DNA of 64,000 nucleotides from positions 22,260,001 to 22,324,000 of the forward strand of contig CM119372.1 in assembly GCA_051294905.1 (NCBI GenBank). The letters are read 5' to 3'. Under the pieces are notes generated by a model, which had not been told where the DNA came from, searched no databases, and worked only from the letters and a program-made list of their open reading frames with translations. The stretch is from Botryllus schlosseri (lineage: Eukaryota). Positions 12,642 through 24,559 of this stretch are shown here, piece after piece (the stretch's first letter is position 1; each line of letters opens with the position of its first letter). The position numbers and the translations under genes are program-made.

Positions 12642-15600
12642 GTAAGCATAACCACATCGACAGGTCTACTTTTCACGAGTTTATCACTTATGCGAACCGT
12701 TCGAACGAATGTATACAACGCCGCGTCCCAACTATAAAGTATGATGTTGGGGGTCGCGGAATTCTCCTGCGCTATATGATGTATCCAGAGGTGGTCAGTA
12801 ACGAAGTACTTCTACTTTTTCGAAGTACTCAAGTAGCTTTCCTCTACTTCTGGTACTTACTCAAGTAGATCTGATTTTCGCTACTTCTACTTCGTAATAT
12901 TTTGTGACCTACTTACTTACTTTTCGCTATTTTCAGTTTGTCAAGTAGAAGTAGTTCAATCTTCCAATCAGGAAGATAGCTCGAGAAATTTCGGAGCTGT
13001 TTTTACGGAGTATCAACATTTAATTTTCATAAAAGTTTAGTAAAGCCCAGAATTTTCGTCGCGCTTCGCGCGCAGTGGATACGGGGTGACCAGTATGGTT
13101 TCACGAAAATATCGGTGAATATAATTTAGGTAGAGGGTTGACGTGATTCCGTTCACACCACATTGTCGCACGTCACCCATACGAAATAATCCATCACAGT
13201 ATATGTGGGTCATCATAACATTTGAAAATGATGTTTCGCAATCTAGCATCTACTTGTCATATCGTAATCTAACATATCCATGGCGTGTCCTAATCTGGAA
13301 AAGTGGACTCTGACTTTTTTTAGTTTTAGAGCTATGTTAGCATACCACCTTTGAAAGTTTCTGGACTAAAAGCATGAAATACATGTTCTGCTTTTAGAAG
13401 TAGTATTTATATTTCACTTTCAATTCCCAGTATCATATACTTTGAGTTATAAATAATATCAGTTCTTTTGTCTGGATAACATACATGTTAAAGTATAAAA
13501 GCAAGTGTAGTAATGCCTTTAATTTCTGGAAATAAAGCTACACAATATGGCATTTTTACGGTCCACCATATTTTTTTATCAACGTTTACTAATCGCGCAA
13601 AGTGTTTACACCGTATCCTATACAACTTCTCCGTATTGCTCTTCGACTAAACTACGGGCCTTATAATATGGGGGATGGCGCCATACCATGCTATTTTCTA
13701 AGACGTACTGTTCGAGAAAACAGAGGATTAGCATCGCATTTCCATATCAATACTATCATTTTCATCACATGATGTGGACGGATGCTTATTGCTTATGCTA
13801 TCGAAAATCGGATACCTGCTGCCTGCTGGTATGTATCAATATGAATCAAGCTCGTCACGTATCGCATAGCTCAATTTGCACCTTTTTACAATCCATGTGA
13901 ACGAATCAGGATCGTTTTCACAACTACTTACTTACTTGAGTACTTTTAAAGTCAGTCAATTCTACTTCTACTTCAAGTAGTTTTAGGTTGCTTATGGAAG
14001 AAGTACTTCTACTTGTACTTGAGTAGATTCTTTTGTCGCTACTTCTACTTCTACTTGAGTAGCTTTCTTGACTACTTTGACCACCTCTGGATATATCTCA
14101 AAGGTGATACGTATATTCCAGCGTTGTAACCAATTACAAGGCTCGCGAGTCACAAATCAATCTCACTTTCATCGTTCTGACTCGAGTCAAGTCGAGTAAT
14201 TTTCAACTCACCACCGAGTCAAGTCCTTGTCCAAGTCATCGAGCAGAGGGTCGGGTCCGAGTAATGGTATTATGACTCAAGTTCTAGTCCAAGTCACTGC
14301 GTTGATTGCTCAGTTTCGAGTTACAGTTTTGTTAAATCCACTTTTTATAACACTGTTTGGTGATATCGAATTGTTCTCATTTATAATATACTAATTTTCC
14401 TCAATTTTAGCATTTTCTGCTTGCATTCTCAATTATACTAGTACCAATAGACGAAATACCAATAGTGTATGCTGGTTACTTTACTATTCGAGATTACAAT
14501 GAAATGTCGGTATTGGCCGTCTGAGTCTCGAATCATATGACTTGATCCGAGTCAAGTCAATACACCAATTGACTCTAGTCGGACTCGAGTAGAGTCATGA
14601 CTCGAGTCGTTACAACCCTGGTATATTCGTTCACGTGAAAGCTTAATATTCCGGATTAGACAAGCAAATAAGATTGTCAGGAATAGCAGAGAGAGAGCGC
14701 GCGCGAGAGAGAGAGAAGACGAACGAAGACTGAACCTAACTCAGAATTTAACCTTCCTATACGTTCCTACGTGCATGCACAATTTGAATTAAAAGGTTGT
14801 GGGCCTAACCGATTTATACAGAGGTATAAGTCTGAGGTAGGTTCCAATTTCGCGTGCCATGGGTGTGTACTGTGTATTCACACCCGTAAATCAGGGGTGG
14901 TACACGGGTGGAAATACAAACTCTTTTCGCTAAGAGTGGAGAGGAGCAACTTATCACCCAGATCAAGCCTACATATCCATTCATGATGACATTATGTCTG
15001 TTCTTTGATTGTTGCTCCTCGAGTAGAGGGAGAAGTAGAGCCGTGAATTTCTAGTCAACTATGAGCAGAAGTAGCGATTTCAAGGAAATGCAAAAAGTAC
15101 CTAAAGTTGAAGTAGAGAATGAAAGGTCTGATAAGTAGTTACAAAAAGAAGAAATTAGCGGAGAGGTCGCATACTGCTAGCAGATAATTGGACGTGGCTA
15201 TACTTTCGAAATGATATGAGGTATCTTCAAGGCTGCCGAAAAATAACTAATGACAAAACCAATAGATACAATCTTCGAAAATAGATTCAGTTACCGTGAT
15301 GCGGGGGTTTCACGTCGTTGTTATGACGATTCCAGTCATGAAAGTGATGCTATATGTTATTACAAAACTTCTATATACTTTTCACAACCCTAACCGTAAA
15401 ATGTAAGTATAGTTCAGTCAAAAACTGTTCAATTAGAAATGGAAGTAGTCTGAAAACATAACTACCTGAGCAAGTAGTGCAATTAGGTTTTAATCTACTT
15501 GAGTATTCCAGAAAATTAGAAATAGGCCTACTTCGTAACTAACGACCTCAGTGCATCAGCCACCAGATCTTTGAAATTATTATTATTTGTATTGTTGCAG

Positions 15601-18600
15601 CGTGATGTCGCTACATGTATTCATTGTAATAGCAATTGCAGTCGAATAGTAATGAAGTTGCTGCGTCAGATTTTCACCTTGCTCAACAGCAGCGCCATAT
15701 GCGACCTGCGGTAAATCGGCCAATAATTGCTCGCTCAATTCTTTCACCATTTCATTGCCACAATAGAATGTGACGTCACTTCAAAGTCTTGTACATTCTT
15801 CGGCAAAATGAGATTAACGTGATACGTAACGTAATGTCACCGTATGCCAACTTATTGCAGATCGACAAGCATTGGCCAGAGACACATTGAGGAACGCTAC
15901 GGAAGACAACCGAACGGCGACCCGTCACAGCGCAGAAAAAGAAATAGCAAAGCTTTCCTCATCGAGTCATTGGTCACCGATTCATCGAAAGCGCCCATAA
16001 ACTATTCTACGCACTCCTCCAAACAACAAGAAGGAGAATCTGACTCTGACAACTACCATGAACATCCATTCAAGCGCGTGAAGAGAGAACGTGTCAGCGA
16101 TACTCGAGCAGAACTATATTCCGTGGCGTCTTCAGAGGACAATGAAACATCTCCTGTTCATATGGTAAGGAACTTTACTGATGAAACAGCCGGAGCTGTA
16201 TTAAAACGTGTATACTATGTCTCAGGCTCATTCCATACTAAATCATGATAATTGATCAGATCACGGTCATGCTGAAGTGTCTCATCTTCAGCGAAAAGAT
16301 GTGGCTCAACATTTGAAATCATCCGCAGAATATGGCGTTGCAATAAAAACAAATCGTATGTGAAGACAAACATGTGCGATGTTTAAACCAGTTTGAGATA
16401 CCAGTGCATAGAATTAGGCTTAGCCCATTTCTGATGCACCTCTGATCTCTGAAGATTTATCATTTTGACACAATTGCAATACACATTATTCTTGGATTTA
16501 CAAATGTGGTCACGACGCAGAATGACCTGTTGGTTGACGGATAATATCAAAGAGAATGTGAGAAAGGCGAACAATTTCTCGCTGGTGCAGCTTCGTCTGT
16601 CGTGCATGGACGCCTCGTCGTGATTTCATCAACTGAAAATATTTTTGACTATGTAGGAGTATATATCTTTTTATCATTCCATGTCGTGCACATTGCGCAA
16701 AGCGCATACATGCAAACGTACCTAAAATTGCAATTTTAGATGATAATTTTCATATATATATGTGATCATGATCATGCCCATGGCTAAAACAAATTGAAAA
16801 GCCGGTTTTCAACAAAGGACCTGATTTAAAAGTATGTTCTGGAAGGGATTTTCATTTTCACCTTGTTTATCAATATATGACTATAAAAGCTGCCCGCCCC
16901 TGGTTGTACTTTACACTTAATTTACAGATCCCGGTCAGGCTAATTCCATAAAACAGAATAAATTTAGAAACGCGTAAGTCAAAATAAAACTATTAGTGAG
17001 TACGGGGATACCAGTGCATAGAATTAAGCTTAGCTCATTTCAAGGAATTCAACAGCGTCAAACCTCAAACGCATCTTGAAAGCCGAGTGCCCCGCAAACT
17101 GCAATATCATTGCAATATAGTTGTGACATTAGAACCACGATAAAAAATAACTAGACTACTTCGAGTCACATTACCAGAAGCATAAGACATGCGTTATAAT
17201 TATAGGGAAAATTTAATTTTTCAGCTGTGCTAATTTTTGGATCCATGTCAATTGTAAACCTGTCTCTATGTGACACACGTGTAATTCTAGTGGTCCCATC
17301 AATAAATCTTACCTTGCTACGATTCCCCATCAAACTGTATGCTATTACCAGAGTCGCGAAACCACGCGTACTGGCAAATCAGGAGACAGCACTATTCACG
17401 AACATGACATAGCGTCAAACCGAGTGGATATCAACGACCCGTCGGGCGTACGTCGATACAGGACCGCATTTACCAGAGAGCAGGTCGCCAGTTTGGAAAA
17501 CGAATTTGTCAGAGAAAACTACGTGTCGAGGCCACGAAGATGCGAATTGGCAAGAGAACTGGGTTTGCCAGAGACAACAATTAAGGTACCAATAATATGT
17601 AAATACCAGGTGAATAGTATATATTCTTATTGAAATGAACCCACATATTTTGGGTTGACACTCGTCAAGGCTAATCGTCAGCAACTAGTGGAGAATTCAA
17701 AAGAACATCATATATCCAGGGCATGGTGTGGTGTGGTATGGAATGGGAATTCTCCATACTCCATACCCGCCCAATCGTTCCATACCATACTTGACAATTT
17801 TCTATACCATAGCAACATTCTTCCATACCATATTTGATACTTTTTCCATACTTTCGGAACTTGCCTAACCTCACCAGTGATATTCTATTTTTATGTGTGG
17901 AAATGTTCCAGTGTTTATATTCTAATAATTTAAGATGAAATTATCCATTTAAACAGCCCTGATGCACCAAACCAATAATATCTTCAGTTCATTTATATCA
18001 TATGTCGTCATGGATGTACGTTGCCTAGTTATCGAAGACTGGACATATAATATATATACACACGGGATTATTTGGAAATCACAACAGAATCTCACGACAT
18101 GTAAATCTAGTGTGGTAACGCACTGCTAGCAGTACATCATCTACAAAATTACATAACACAAAGGTATTGCCAAATTATAAAATAGGTTTCCGACCTTTTT
18201 TCTTCACTCAACACAACCTGAAATCGATATTTCTATACCCATTAAAATTGGTCCTCCAATAAAATTTGGTAAGACTACGCTTTGTAAAGACTTGCTATTG
18301 GTAAAAGTTAAGACCACCAGAATTGAACAGCTCACAATAAAATTAATGAGCAGTGAACTGGTAACCGTAAATGCAATGTTGCGCATCCGTAAAATGTGTA
18401 TGTAAGGCAAGTCGACACAAAAGTAGCAAGGATTTTATTTTTTTCCAAATGTACCAAGGTACCACCAATTTGCATGTGGAAATGCCGAATGTAATGTATG
18501 GGTCAGATAACCTTCTGGTGTTGACGAACTTATGCGTACGGTAGATATAAGCGACCATTAGCTACACCAGGGGTGAGCAAACTACGGCCCGCGGGCCGCA

Positions 18601-21600
18601 TACGGCCCTCCACACCGCTCCGTGCGGCCCGCGAGAGTCTAAAGAAACTTATTAGAAATATTGATAAAATGCGTACGAAAAATCGAATTAATGCAGGGAC
18701 TTGATTAAACTGTTTCTTATATATTTCACCACGATAATTCCAAGGCAGTTGTTCCCAAACTGGGGGGTTCACCCCCCATGGGTGCGTGAAAGCATCTGAA
18801 GGGAGGCGCGAAGCTGAGCTCAACTGAACAAAATTTTCGCGCCCCGCGCGACTAACACCCCATTCATCATTATTGCTCTGTATATTTAGTCCGAATTTCA
18901 TTTTAAAAAATCTCTTCCACAGTCGTAACCTTTCGTGCCATAAAACTATATTCGTTAGCTTAGCTAGCATCCTGGTTGCATTTTGTGACATGACAATAAG
19001 AGGGGCGCGCAATCTTTTACCATCATAAGGGGGGGGGGGGGGGTCGTGTCCTAAAAAATTTGAGAACCACTGTACTAAGGAAAATACTTCCTACACTATT
19101 TTTTTGTTTCATTTCTGGCGCGACAAGATCTCAAGGCCCGCGCAGTTTGAAAGGTTTCAACTGCTAAACACCACAGAAATCCTAAACGAGATTGACTTAA
19201 TTCGGATTACGAGTGTGATTTCAGATTGGTCACTCCAGTTTTAAATATTTCAGTGATGTGCTTATGAAAAACGATTCGCGCGTGTCTTAGGTAGACTTCT
19301 CTGTATGCGTAGGATTAGGCTATTTATATGGTTATGATGCTGGCAGCATTGTGTGTCCTGGAACTGAACCAAAAGTGGAATTAGTAAATCTATGTCCACA
19401 TCGCTGCTCACAGATTTAAATTTCAATCCTGTTCTAAGAATCGGGACAACCGACTTTCATCTCTATAGTTTTGACAAATTTGACGTCGAACAGCCTATGA
19501 AATCTCGCTCCTGTTTCTGGGGCGTGTAACGGTATCATCAAAGCAATGTTTGGATTTGTTATGTTCTTGATCTTGTTTGAACAACAACTCAATACGACGA
19601 GGTTGCAATACGGAATCAGTATATTATACAGCAGAATAACTTTAGGCAGCGACACGATCCAGAGTGCAGTTAAACGAAAAAGACCAGTAGACAACAGAAC
19701 ACAGGGTATAAATACAAGCACGACACATGAGGAAATAATGATTGGCGGTAATTACTAGTCCTATAGAAATTAGGAATTGAACAACACTAAACGTAAATGC
19801 ACGAACATAACAGTCCTCCCCTGTAAGTTAAAGGGATGCCCACATTTACGTAGGTCTATAGAAATCGGTGGGTTTCCTATTCCTAAGAGGATAACGTCTA
19901 CCCGACGTACGGGCAGGACCAGCTGCAGGACCTTGTGCCCTGTTCCTAACCAATGGTTGCTCAGCTTGTGACTGTTGAGGCTGAGCAACTTCCTGTGTGG
20001 CTGTATTATTGCCAGCTGAAATCAAGCGTGGTTGGAGTTGGTTCTTGTGCCTTCTACAATATCCATGATCTGTTTTTATAATGTACACAATACGTCACAG
20101 TATTTTCGTCACCACGCCAGCAACCAACTTTGGTCCGCGTCGGTAACTGCGAGCGTAAACCGAGGAACCAATCTCAAAATGTGTGACTGATTGTCCAGGC
20201 GTAACGGGTTTCGATTTGTCGAAGGGCGAGCACAAACTTAACAAATTGCGCGGCTGTCGACCATGTAAAATCTCGGCAGGCGTTTTTCAGTCCATGCCCA
20301 GCGCGAAGTTGAGATCTTTTTCCCCGTCGCAATTTTTTATTAATCCAGCTTTTAAAGTCTGGACGAAACGCTCCGCTTCCCCGTTCGAGACAGGGTGAAA
20401 AGACGGTGATACGATATGGCTGATTGCCAAATTAGAACAAAACGTATCGAATTCATTCGATGTGAATTGCGGCCCGCCATCCGTGACAATTGTTATGGGC
20501 AAGCCTTCGATAGAGAAGACTTCCCTCAACGCGTTGACCACACACAAGGTTGTGGTAGAACCGACATTTATTACTTTAACGAAAGGATATTTCGAATGCG
20601 CGTCGACGATGACAAGAAACATTTTATTGTTTATTGGACCTGCGAAATCCAAGTGAATTCGTTCAAAGCTTTCAGACGTTTTTGGCCATTCGCGATACTG
20701 GCGATCAGGCGCTTTCATTACCTTATGGCAAGCGTCGCAACTCTTAACGAGATTTTCAATGTCGCGATTAATGGAAGGCCATACGATGTAACGTCGAGCC
20801 ATCTGCTTCATTTTCGCAATACCCCAATGTCCTTCGCGCAACAATGATAAGACTCGTGAGCGAAGTGACGGCGGAATTACTACGCGCTGAAAACCATCAA
20901 TATTGAGCATGACTATGTCTTCGTGCAGAGAGAGCGAATGTTTGCGAGTCGAAAACCAAGAAAAATCATCAATGTGCGTCTTTGGATTCCAATTGCCATG
21001 AGTGACAGATAATTTTACTAGTTTCATGGTTTTGTCCTTCAGCGTCGCGTCGCGAATTTCATTGCGAGTTAACGGTAAGCCATCGAATGCCATATTAATA
21101 GCGTGAACGATCTCCGCGTTTTCACGAATTTCCAGTTCGTCAAACTCAGGGTCTGGATCCTTTGGTAGGCGAGATAAACCAATCAATCAATCAATCAATC
21201 AGGTTTATTAATATTTTCATCGTTTCAAAACATCACAAGACTGCGATACAATGAAAAGATAGGAAGGTGTCGAAACAACTTGGAGTAGCCATTAAGATCA
21301 GACACCCACCTTGGCCTATAGGCGACGTAAATAAGAGGCATGCGCAAGCACACTGAATGAAAAGTAATGCAGAGAATATAAGACGCAAGCGACAAAATGG
21401 GGTGGCATGTGGCGGAGGGCGAGGTCGATGTTAGGTCGTGGTCCGGTAATCCTGAAGACGTTTCCGTGCTGATTAGTCGGTTTATAGCGAATATCGTATT
21501 GGTAAGCCATGAGCGTTAGTGCCCAATCGCTGTAAGCGTTGCGCTGTAATCACGGGAATTTTCTTGTCCGGCGAGAAAATAGCTAAAAGCAATTAAGCAT

Positions 21601-24559
21601 ATACATTATATAGCCTACATGTCGTCACTAAATAATCAAGTACCAATATTGCGTTTTGTTTTATAATCCCAATTTTATATAGTGCGGCCCGCAAAAGGAT
21701 TCCGATGCTGAATGCGGCTCGCGAGCTCAAAAGTTTGCCCACCCCTGAGCTACACTGTTGCACGCTACTATAACGCAAACAGAAAGAAATATGTCATTTC
21801 ATCAGTAACGAATCCGGCTATGCTATCAAATAGGGATTCCGCGATCTTCCGTGAATACATATTCATATACTTTTATCATAACGAATCAGGTGATTTCTAT
21901 CACACCAATTCGCATACGAATGAATAACAACCTAAATGAGGGAGATCGCGTTCCAATGTCCAATCGATTCTCGCTAATTGGAGGCACTTATGATACGACT
22001 GGCTGAATTGCAAATAAGCTATGAGGCCTAAATATTAGTGATACGATCGTCATATTCATTAGCTTCATTAGCCAACATCAGGGTGTTCACTCTCCATTAT
22101 ATCAGAGATAACCAGTTTTCATGAAGTTACAATGCGTGTTGTAGGCTGGCATATCGTAACGTCGCTCCAAGACGAGCTACATATTTTTGAATTTCAATGA
22201 TGGTTCTGTCAAATAGATATTACGTGATGATCATCCTCTCAAAGCGCAGAAAAATATTTCCAAGTTACAAAAATTGGTAAAAATATTCACGTAACTTCTA
22301 CATTATCAGAGTCTACGATATTAAAACACTATTGGTTGTGTACGTAGTTGAAGTTACGATAAGCGAAATGCAGTTTGTATAACGCGACAGCGGTCGAATA
22401 GCATTCGTTTTCATGATATTTAGATTGGAATGATTATCAATAATATTATTTTCATTCATGCTCGTTGCGTTGTTGTCTTTAAATAGATGTCGACCGGGAT
22501 GGGTGAGTCATGATTCACAATTTGAGATATCAACATTGAAAATAGACAATGAGCGATTTTCTGTGGTATGCAATCGATTTGACAAATCGAAAGTAGGATT
22601 GTTGTCATTGTTCGGGCAAAACTGTCAAAGTATGGAAAAAGTATGGAAGTATGGAGAAAACGTTCCATACCATACTTAGGAAATTTCCATACCATACCAT
22701 ACTTGCACTCTTCCATATTCCATACCGAAATTTCGTTCCATACCATACCATACTTCCATACCATACCATGCCCTGCATATATCAACAATTGTACAAGGTG
22801 ATGCATAAATATCGTTGCTTCGGGATAATCAAGTAAGGCAAAAAAGTAGTGTGTGAGTGTGATCACTGATCAGTGATCAGGGATCATGGACCTCTGGATA
22901 ATGGATTTGAATACTGTCGATAATAGTCGGAGTCCTAAACAGCAAATGAGCATAACAGTATTTATTTCTACACCTCACCACTTCAGTCATGTTAAGGAAG
23001 CGTAGGTTACTTCCCTTTATGTCCACTCACTGCTGACCAGTGAACCCGCTGGTGTTGGACATTTGATCTTGATGACAAGGATTCAAAAAGAAAAAACGCA
23101 TTAGGATCGAATTTGTGTATTTACGTTTTAACGATGGATTCAACTTATCATAGAGTTTACATAATTTCCAATTTTCATGCAGCCTTTGAAAAAAATAACG
23201 TGATTACGGTGTGTATAGACATGATTAACAAGAGTTCAACATGATACAGAATGAATTCAGAATTTAGATTTAGATTTAGACTAGCCTTGGACTTTCAAAT
23301 CCAAGTCCAAGTCCAGCTATGGTTGGTTGGTATGATATCACCACTGGGGAGCTATAGGATTGCTGTCTTGGTGCTGGTAACAATAAACCATGCAAAACCT
23401 GCTCCATTTGTGCGCGAGCTGTCATATATGTAGAATTGTAGATATAGATAATTTCGGACAGAGTGACTTCATTCGTCGGTGTCGTTTTCACAGTAAAGCT
23501 GTGCCGTCATTCCACTGCAATGATTATTCTAATAGTACGATATTAATAATGATTATCTAATCTCTAATCTTCAATTCTGGGTATACGTGAGTCGAGTAGG
23601 CTAACGTATGACGCGGCTGTTTTCAGGTTTGGTTTCAAAATCGACGAATGAAAGACAAGAGACAAAGAATGACTCACTCATGGCCGTTTGCTATCAATCC
23701 CACGATGTACGCAATGCTGATGTCACAAATGGCTAACACACCACAGAATCCTCTTCTTACTGTGCCGCCATACTACGGTAAGCATATGGAAAAATCCTTA
23801 CTTCCCTTGCCTCAAAGACGAGAGTAGCTTACGCAATATATGCTTACAGACAACAGATTGCAGTCTCCTATGGGATTCCACCCCGCGCTTAGCGGACAAA
23901 TGGCACAACTCATGGCAATGGCGGCGAATGACACCAGAGCCGGTTTGTGTCGAAGCTCGTCGTTGTCTCCGAGTGATGAAATCAGATCTCATTTGAGCGT
24001 GGCACATGAAGCGACATCAAACAATATCGCTGCAAGTAACATGAGAAGTAAATTACAAGCTTTACCTCAAAGTAAAGGCGAGCAGCACATTGATTTACAA
24101 ACAGAAAAACCGAGGGATCTACAGAGAACTTTAAGCAATCCTGTCAAGACCAGCATAGATATGCGCGACAGCTTCTACCAGAATACATTAGCCTCCGTTC
24201 CTGCTAGCTACTTTTCCATGCTCGCAAACCAAACGTTGAGGCAGCAGCAAGCGAATGTGCGGTATTTCCCGCAGAACAGCATCCCGGGTTATTCTCAAAT
24301 GGGGATGATACCTAACCAATTGCATGACACTTACAAAATGGCAATGAGTCAGCGACTGCCTGTGTCGATGACAGATTCGTTCGTACCGGTAACTCGAGCA
24401 CCGGCAACTGCTCTGTCCCGGGTACTATCCAGACAAAGTCCACCTACAAGTCCCTCTCCAGACGGCAGTTCCACGAGCAGTAATGGACTTCGCCGGCATT
24501 CCTCGAAATATCCATTGAAACGGCACCACTCTAACACATCACCGACCCTGAAGGTCTAA
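12565..24559 (+). CDS. Evx: even-skipped (Evx) homeobox transcription factor, spliced; predicted exons 12565-12641, 15861-16164, 16226-16355, 16928-16973, 17291-17585, 23627-23777, 23850-24559 (1713 nt, ~570 codons, one in-frame TGA at 16253-16255)
   Basis: The homeodomain [59 protein letters not shown] is the Eve/Evx signature. All six introns are GT-AG and their phases (2,0,1,2,0,1) chain into one frame. The homeobox and 3' exons are high confidence; the 5' exons are moderate. Confidence 0.9.
12786..14089 (+). mobile_element. Non-autonomous hAT-type element, CAGAGGTGGTCA family with subterminal CTACTT/AAGTAG repeats
   Basis: TIRs present, TSD gatgtatc/gatatatc, colinear with copies at 54060-55338 and (inverted) 25686-27159. 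Confidence 0.9.
14119..14620 (+). mobile_element. hAT-type MITE, GACTCGAGTC-repeat family
   Basis: TIR CAG(C/G)GTTGTAAC, perfect TSD gtatattc; related copies at 28690-30977 and ~37270-37718. Confidence 0.9.
15861..16164 (+). CDS. Evx: Evx N-terminal exon (alternatively starting at ATG 15844), containing the eh1-like motif FLIESLV
   Basis: Lies within ORF 15844..16248; acceptor ttattgcag, donor ATG|gtaagg. Confidence 0.7.
17291..17585 (+). CDS. Evx: Evx exon with homeodomain helices 1-2 and the start of helix 3
   Basis: Acceptor ttctag|, open frame GPINKSY...[11 protein letters not shown]...ETTIK, donor AAG|gtacca. Confidence 0.95.
19557..19812 (-). mobile_element. 3' LTR (256 bp) of the Gypsy element, preceded by its polypurine tract
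   Basis: Perfect 10-bp terminal inverted repeat TGTTATGTTC...GAACATAACA; PPT AGGGGAGGAC at 19822-19813 immediately upstream on the minus strand. Confidence 0.85.
19813..21592 (-). pseudogene. Ty3/Gypsy pol remnant: end of RNase H and integrase, frameshifted and interrupted
   Basis: [49 protein letters not shown]; zinc finger EGHWG...CDAC; DDE core [24 protein letters not shown] (ORF 20287..21186). Confidence 0.93.
21182..21458 (-). mobile_element. Probable 3' fragment of a non-LTR retroposon inserted in Gypsy pol
   Basis: Splits the conserved HGNA-DGLSRLP motif; ends (minus strand) in AATAAA followed by a (GATT)n tail. Confidence 0.6.
23627..23777 (+). CDS. Evx: Evx exon with the recognition helix ([20 protein letters not shown]...PPYY)
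   Basis: Acceptor ttttcag|GTTTGGTTTCAAAAT, donor G|gtaagc. Too short to appear in the ORF track. Confidence 0.95.
23850..24559 (+). CDS. Evx: Evx last coding exon (S/P/Q/M-rich C-terminus)
   Basis: 72-nt phase-1 intron, acceptor cttacag|, continuing in the frame of ORF 23840..24559 to TAA. Confidence 0.88.

Larger units (their letters stand above)
18568..21747. mobile_element. Nested hAT (Buster/Charlie-like) element containing a MITE (18746-19072) and a Gypsy remnant
   Basis: TIR CAGGGGTG(A/G)GCAAACT, GCGGCCC subterminal motifs, perfect TSD agctacac. Confidence 0.9.
17717..22775. mobile_element. Outer hAT-type element in the Evx homeobox intron, with (CATAC)n subterminal arrays
   Basis: TIR CAGGGCATGGT...ACCATGCCCTG, perfect 8-bp TSD catatatc. 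Confidence 0.88.

Noticed and set aside
20183..20847. Plus-strand ORFs over the integrase
   Set aside because: Antisense shadows of Gypsy pol.
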